A stretch of 64,000 bases of DNA from Lysobacteraceae bacterium (lineage in GTDB: Bacteria; Pseudomonadota; Gammaproteobacteria; Xanthomonadales; BQJN01), in assembly GCA_021604725.1 (NCBI GenBank), contig BQJN01000003.1:2416-66415 (forward strand), given 5' to 3'. The notes under the pieces were generated by a model, which was not told the DNA's origin, did not search any database, and saw nothing but the letters and a program-made list of their open reading frames with translations. The position numbers were made by a program, and so were the translations under genes. Positions 59,761 through 64,000 of the stretch are shown one piece after another (within the stretch, counting starts at the first letter, position 1; each line of letters starts with the position of its first letter).

Positions 59761-62700
59761 ATGACACAGGCCCTGCGAGCAACGTTTCTGCTCCTCGCTG
59801 CGACAGCTCTGGCTAGCTGCGGCGGCGGTGGTGGTGGAACAGGTACAGGCGGTGGGTTCGAGCCTCCACAGCGGATCGCTGTATTTATTGCTGCAGACAG
59901 CCTGCGGTTAAACGCCAATCCATTTGGCGTGGTCGGCACTACCAATACGCCATTTGCGACCGAAGTAAGAGCTACGGTTAACAACTCTGCAGGCGGTCCG
60001 ATTGCCAACGGTACTGTCGTCACCTTTACCGTAACGCCTTCTGGCCGCGGCCAGATGTCTACTGTTGACAACCTGTCGGCAATAGCCAGTTCTGTAACCG
60101 TCACCACCACTGCTGGTGTTGCCAGGGCGGTTTTGCACTCGCAAACCAATACCGGTGCAGTTACCGTTCAAGCGTCGGTGACTGACCCAGGTTCTGGCGT
60201 GCCAGTTAACGCCAGTTTGTCAGTCACCATTGATCCGGCCCCAGACGTTGGCGATCAGGTCGGTTTTGACCTGGAAGCGAGCAGCGTAGCGGCCAACAGC
60301 AATGAGTTGCCACCGTTTCTCGGCTCACCACACATCGCGTCAGTGACTGCCAGTGCCGTGGACTTGCTGGGCACCGTGTTGCCTGACGGTACGCAGATGA
60401 ACTTCACAGTGACGCCTGCCTCTCGTGGGCAGTTGTCAGACCCGGACGACATTGCTGTCCTTTCATCGACGCTAACGGTAAGCAGCATCGGCGGGCAGGG
60501 CACTGTTCTGTTCAACGCAGGTACAACCACTGGACCAGCGACGATTCGCGTGTCATTCCTTGATCCAGTTCTCAACGACACCGTCACTGCATCGGCGGTT
60601 ATTCAGGTCACGACCGGTCCTGGGCCGAACAACCAGGTCACTGTTGACCTCCAGCCAAGCTCAATGCCAGCGAACACCAATAACATCCCTCCTGTGACCG
60701 GGTCGGACCATGTTGGCAGTATCGTCGTCAGCCTGCGCGACGCGTTGGGTGATGTGATTGCAGACGGCACTGACGTCAGTTTGACGGTTTCGCCAACAAC
60801 GCTAGGCAAGTTGTCGACCATTGAAGACCCGACCGACATGGTCAATACCTTGACCGTCGATAGCGCGGGCGGCCTGGCCAGCGCATTGTTCCACGCTGGA
60901 AGCCAGACCGGGACAGTTACGATCACGGCATCATTTCTGGATACCTTGACCAACCAGACAGCCACTGGATCTTCAACAATTCAAATTACGCCGGGACCTG
61001 ATCCCTTTGAGCAGGTAGAGTTTTTCCTCGAAAGTACGACAGTGCCGGCCAATACCAACCAGGTCGCGCCGTTTGACGGCTCACCATTCATTTCCAGCGT
61101 AACGGTCAGTCTGCGCGACGTACTGGGTGATGTCATCGCAGATGAAACCAACGTGTCATTTCAGGTCTCACCAGCGTCTCGCGCATTGTTGTCCTCTACG
61201 GACGATCTCAATGAGCGTGCCGACAGCATTACCGTTACTTCAGTTGGTGGCGATGCCCAAGCTCTGGTTCACAGCCTGCAAACCACGGGCACAATCCAGA
61301 TTCGGGCCTCATTTGTTGACCCACTGACCAACGAACAAGTGACTGCATCAGCTCAGATGAGCGTGGTGGCAGGACCTGATCCGTTCGATCAGGTGACCTT
61401 TGATATCGACGACTCGACAATTCCGGCCAACACGAACGATGTACCTCCGTCCATTGCGTCCCCATTCCTGACTTCGGTCGTTGTGGATTTCCGCAACTTG
61501 CTTGGCAACGCCATTCCAGATGGAACGGAGGTCAATGTTCAGGTATCGCCGGCTTCGCTCGGTGGTCTGTCGACTCCAGAAGACTTGCTAACGCAGACCT
61601 CAACCCTGACGCTGCTGAGCAGCGGCAGCAAGGTCGAGGCGGTGTTTCATACTCGAGTCGCCAGCGGTACCGCAACTGTCAGTGCTTCATTCATCGACCC
61701 CGTCGGTGGTCAGACCGTAACTGGTAGCAGCACGATCACGGTACTGGACGGACCAGACCCGCTGGAGCGCTTAACTATTCGTGCGCTGCGAACAACTCTG
61801 CCCGCCAACACATTCGGCGTGCCAATCTTCCTCGGCTCGCCGTACTTGACCGAAGCACAGATCACCTTTATCGACAATGAAGGCACGTTGATTCATCCGC
61901 TCGGCGATTCAGTCGAAGTGACAGTAAATCCAGTGACCTTCGGCGCCTTCTCGACCCTTGATGACCCGGCGACTACCGACGTCAACGAGATTGAGGTGTT
62001 GATCGGTCAAGGTCCGGTCAACGTCATCTCCGGAATCGCCACTATCTTCCTGCACGCATTCGATCAGACCGGTGAATATACGGTGACTGTCGCAGCTCAG
62101 GACCCGGTGACCAATGAAACCTTCAATGCAACGCTGGATATTGAGGTTGTAGACATCGCCTCAGATGGTCTGCCGGCTGATATCGTGGTCGCGGAAGAGA
62201 ATGTGCCAATCTACGTCCAAGGTGCGGGCGGCAACGAAAGCAAGCGTTTCGACCTTGAGGTCTATGACGGTGGCGGCGACGTTGTCCCAGATCCGTTCAG
62301 CGACATCGGTGGCCGTGAGGAAGTCTGGAACAACGTTCGCGTTGAGGTGATTTCAGAAGTACCGGGTAACGGTGAGTTCCTGACATCAACGGATGCGTCC
62401 GGCGAGCCAGTTCAAGGTGAAACCATTGATATCGCAACCCTCAACGGTGTCAGCTCCTTCGTGCTACACAGTGGCCAGGAGGACAACCTGGTTCGCATCA
62501 ACATTACCGCTGATCGAGCCGACAACAATGTCACCAATGGCATTCAGGAGCCGTTGGTGTCGAGCAACATTGTAGTGATATCGGACGGTGTGCCATTCGC
62601 AATTGAGATTACATCGCCAAATATCAATGCGATCTTTATCAATGCAGTCACTGATGGAATCGTTGGTGACCCAGGGTTGATACCACCTAGCCTGGATGGA

Positions 62701-64000
62701 ACGTATTCGCTGACTTTCTCAGCTATCGTTACCGACCGTGGCGGAAACCCACCCATCGTTGGTACCGAAGTTGAATTCGGTGGGTTTGATGAGTTCCTCG
62801 AAGGATTCCCAGCCACAGGGCCCGGAAACTTCGTACACGGCGGCAACGATGGTAACCCGGAAGAGTCTGGCTTCACGTTCCGTGCACCAGCGTCGGGTCG
62901 CCACAACGTCAACCCAGCCTTGGGTCCGGGCGATACCCTGGCCTTGTTTGGTGAGGACTCACCGGGTGATGAAGATCATGAATCGGTTCGGACGATTGAT
63001 CAGGTAAACGATGCGACCCGTCTGACCGTTACCTCGCCGTTCAACCCGAATGATCAGTCTGGTTCGTCTGTAAACAATGGACCGACCATTCCGTGGGCCG
63101 CCGGCCATGCATCAGACTTTACCGTGTCCAATGAGTCTGGCAGTTCAGTCACCGCAACCACCAATGAAATTGGCGTTGCCTCGACGACCATGAACTACCC
63201 GGTCAACCAACTGGGCAAGCTTGCGGTCATCTATGCTCAGACCCTTGGAGGCAGCCTGTCAGCTACCAAGGGAACGTTCCTGCGAACCGTCGCTGATGTT
63301 GAGCTGGCGCTGTTTGCGGGCGTTGCACCGGCAACATTGACCGTATCGCCAAACTCAATACCGGCAAACACGACGGTGAATGTCACCTTGTGTTTGGTGG
63401 ATGCTACCGAGTCGCCGATACAGGGTCAGCTGATTGGCTTCGGCTTTGACGCACCACCGGGACCAGCCGATGTCGATGGCGTACAGAACGCTGGCCTCGT
63501 TGGCAGCCCGACAGGCACCAACGGGTGTACCGTCGCAGCAGTCACCACCTCCGGTGTCCCGCCTGAGTCGGACGACTTCAATCTGAGCTTCTTCGTTGGA
63601 GATGCAACAGCCAACGTCGTCATCAACTCAGGTCAAGAGGGAATCCTGCAGGTGCTTCCGACCGCGGTGTTGGGTAATACCAGTGGACGTGAGTTTGTGA
63701 TTACTCTGTTGTCATCTTCAGGCCAACCAATTTCTGATGTCCAGATCCAGGTGGTTTGTATGGCGACCAATGGATTCATCAACGTTGTAGATCAGCCTGG
63801 ATCCACTGACGATAATGGCCAGACCACGGCCAGAATCGCGGCGCAAGTCGATGGTGGCCCGAACAATACGCCGGTCGGTGAGGGCGAATGTACCTTCTCG
63901 ACCTCTAGCGGATCGCCTTCGGCAGATGTTGTCTTCATCGGTCTGGATCTGTGCCTGCTCGGCGGCAGCCCGCCGATCCTGGGTTGTGAAGATCCGGTGG
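59761..64000 (+). CDS. giant surface lipoprotein with tandem bacterial Ig-like (Big_1/invasin-type) repeats; 3' end beyond the window
   Basis: My hand translation of this frame (open from at least ATG 59707) found no stop up to the window end. The track lists nothing here because the ORF has no stop in the window. Best start is ATG 59761 (AGGA 9 nt upstream), giving MTQALRATFLLLAATALAS|CGGGGGG (lipobox LASC). The body is repeated ~126-aa modules such as VTVSLRD.LGDVIADGT.V.F.VSP...G.LS....TLTV.S.GG.A.A.FH....TGT..I.ASF.D. Confidence 0.8.
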   Translation, partial: MTQALRATFLLLAATALASCGGGGGGTGTGGGFEPPQRIAVFIAADSLRLNANPFGVVGTTNTPFATEVRATVNNSAGGPIANGTVVTFTVTPSGRGQMSTVDNLSAIASSVTVTTTAGVARAVLHSQTNTGAVTVQASVTDPGSGVPVNASLSVTIDPAPDVGDQVGFDLEASSVAANSNELPPFLGSPHIASVTASAVDLLGTVLPDGTQMNFTVTPASRGQLSDPDDIAVLSSTLTVSSIGGQGTVLFNAGTTTGPATIRVSFLDPVLNDTVTASAVIQVTTGPGPNNQVTVDLQPSSMPANTNNIPPVTGSDHVGSIVVSLRDALGDVIADGTDVSLTVSPTTLGKLSTIEDPTDMVNTLTVDSAGGLASALFHAGSQTGTVTITASFLDTLTNQTATGSSTIQITPGPDPFEQVEFFLESTTVPANTNQVAPFDGSPFISSVTVSLRDVLGDVIADETNVSFQVSPASRALLSSTDDLNERADSITVTSVGGDAQALVHSLQTTGTIQIRASFVDPLTNEQVTASAQMSVVAGPDPFDQVTFDIDDSTIPANTNDVPPSIASPFLTSVVVDFRNLLGNAIPDGTEVNVQVSPASLGGLSTPEDLLTQTSTLTLLSSGSKVEAVFHTRVASGTATVSASFIDPVGGQTVTGSSTITVLDGPDPLERLTIRALRTTLPANTFGVPIFLGSPYLTEAQITFIDNEGTLIHPLGDSVEVTVNPVTFGAFSTLDDPATTDVNEIEVLIGQGPVNVISGIATIFLHAFDQTGEYTVTVAAQDPVTNETFNATLDIEVVDIASDGLPADIVVAEENVPIYVQGAGGNESKRFDLEVYDGGGDVVPDPFSDIGGREEVWNNVRVEVISEVPGNGEFLTSTDASGEPVQGETIDIATLNGVSSFVLHSGQEDNLVRINITADRADNNVTNGIQEPLVSSNIVVISDGVPFAIEITSPNINAIFINAVTDGIVGDPGLIPPSLDGTYSLTFSAIVTDRGGNPPIVGTEVEFGGFDEFLEGFPATGPGNFVHGGNDGNPEESGFTFRAPASGRHNVNPALGPGDTLALFGEDSPGDEDHESVRTIDQVNDATRLTVTSPFNPNDQSGSSVNNGPTIPWAAGHASDFTVSNESGSSVTATTNEIGVASTTMNYPVNQLGKLAVIYAQTLGGSLSATKGTFLRTVADVELALFAGVAPATLTVSPNSIPANTTVNVTLCLVDATESPIQGQLIGFGFDAPPGPADVDGVQNAGLVGSPTGTNGCTVAAVTTSGVPPESDDFNLSFFVGDATANVVINSGQEGILQVLPTAVLGNTSGREFVITLLSSSGQPISDVQIQVVCMATNGFINVVDQPGSTDDNGQTTARIAAQVDGGPNNTPVGEGECTFSTSSGSPSADVVFIGLDLCLLGGSPPILGCEDPV
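59881..62148 (+). repeat. six tandem coding repeats with an exact 378-nt (126-codon) period inside the lipoprotein gene
   Basis: Unit boundaries fall at 59881, 60259, 60637, 61015, 61393 and 61771, each exactly 378 nt apart. Each unit begins V.F.L....+PANTN..PPF.GSP and ends ..GP(D/G)P..Q. The units are diverged at DNA level and clearly related at protein level. Confidence 0.8.

Noticed and set aside
59670-62912. Minus-strand track ORFs 59670-60149, 59908-60171, 60255-60587, 60603-60965, 61235-61465 and 62544-62912
   Set aside because: All lie antisense to the long uninterrupted plus-strand frame, which has a lipoprotein signal and periodic Ig-like repeats. Their translations are Pro/Arg/Thr-rich shadows with no motifs.

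Overview
Densely coding, moderately GC-rich chromosomal segment with gammaproteobacterial gene content and synteny: atpIBEFHAGDC, comF<>bioBFHC, split pntAA-pntAB-pntB, rsmE, mrcA<>pilMNOPQ and ridA-recG. About 58 CDS are supportable. I saw no rRNA, tRNA or CRISPR array. The housekeeping blocks are separated by accessory-looking patches. (1) 13646-16433 looks like a split-borosin RiPP operon: a 71-aa precursor-like ORF, a periplasmic helical-repeat/GGDEF diguanylate cyclase, and a stand-alone OphMA/SonM-like peptide backbone alpha-N-methyltransferase that is translationally coupled to the cyclase. This is the strongest candidate for an interesting system. Split borosins are known, but a c-di-GMP enzyme embedded in one would, to my knowledge, be unusual. 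(2) 59761 to the window end is a lipoprotein gene of more than 1,400 codons that is absent from the supplied ORF track because it has no stop in the window. It starts 60 nt after pilQ, where aroK-aroB normally sit, and contains six tandem Ig-like repeats with an exact 378-nt period. (3) 6244-13465 encodes a secreted redox/adhesion-like set: a TlpA-like lipoprotein, two tandem paralogous unknowns, a 1,047-aa beta-propeller + di-haem peroxidase-like + TSP3/dockerin-like protein, and a two-domain internally duplicated secreted protein. (4) Non-coding features include a 327-bp segment bounded by 26-nt inverted repeats (MITE or invertible-switch candidate) and two copies of a structured ~169-nt element between bioC and pntB. 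All family assignments come from motifs read by eye and recalled family signatures. No database search was run.
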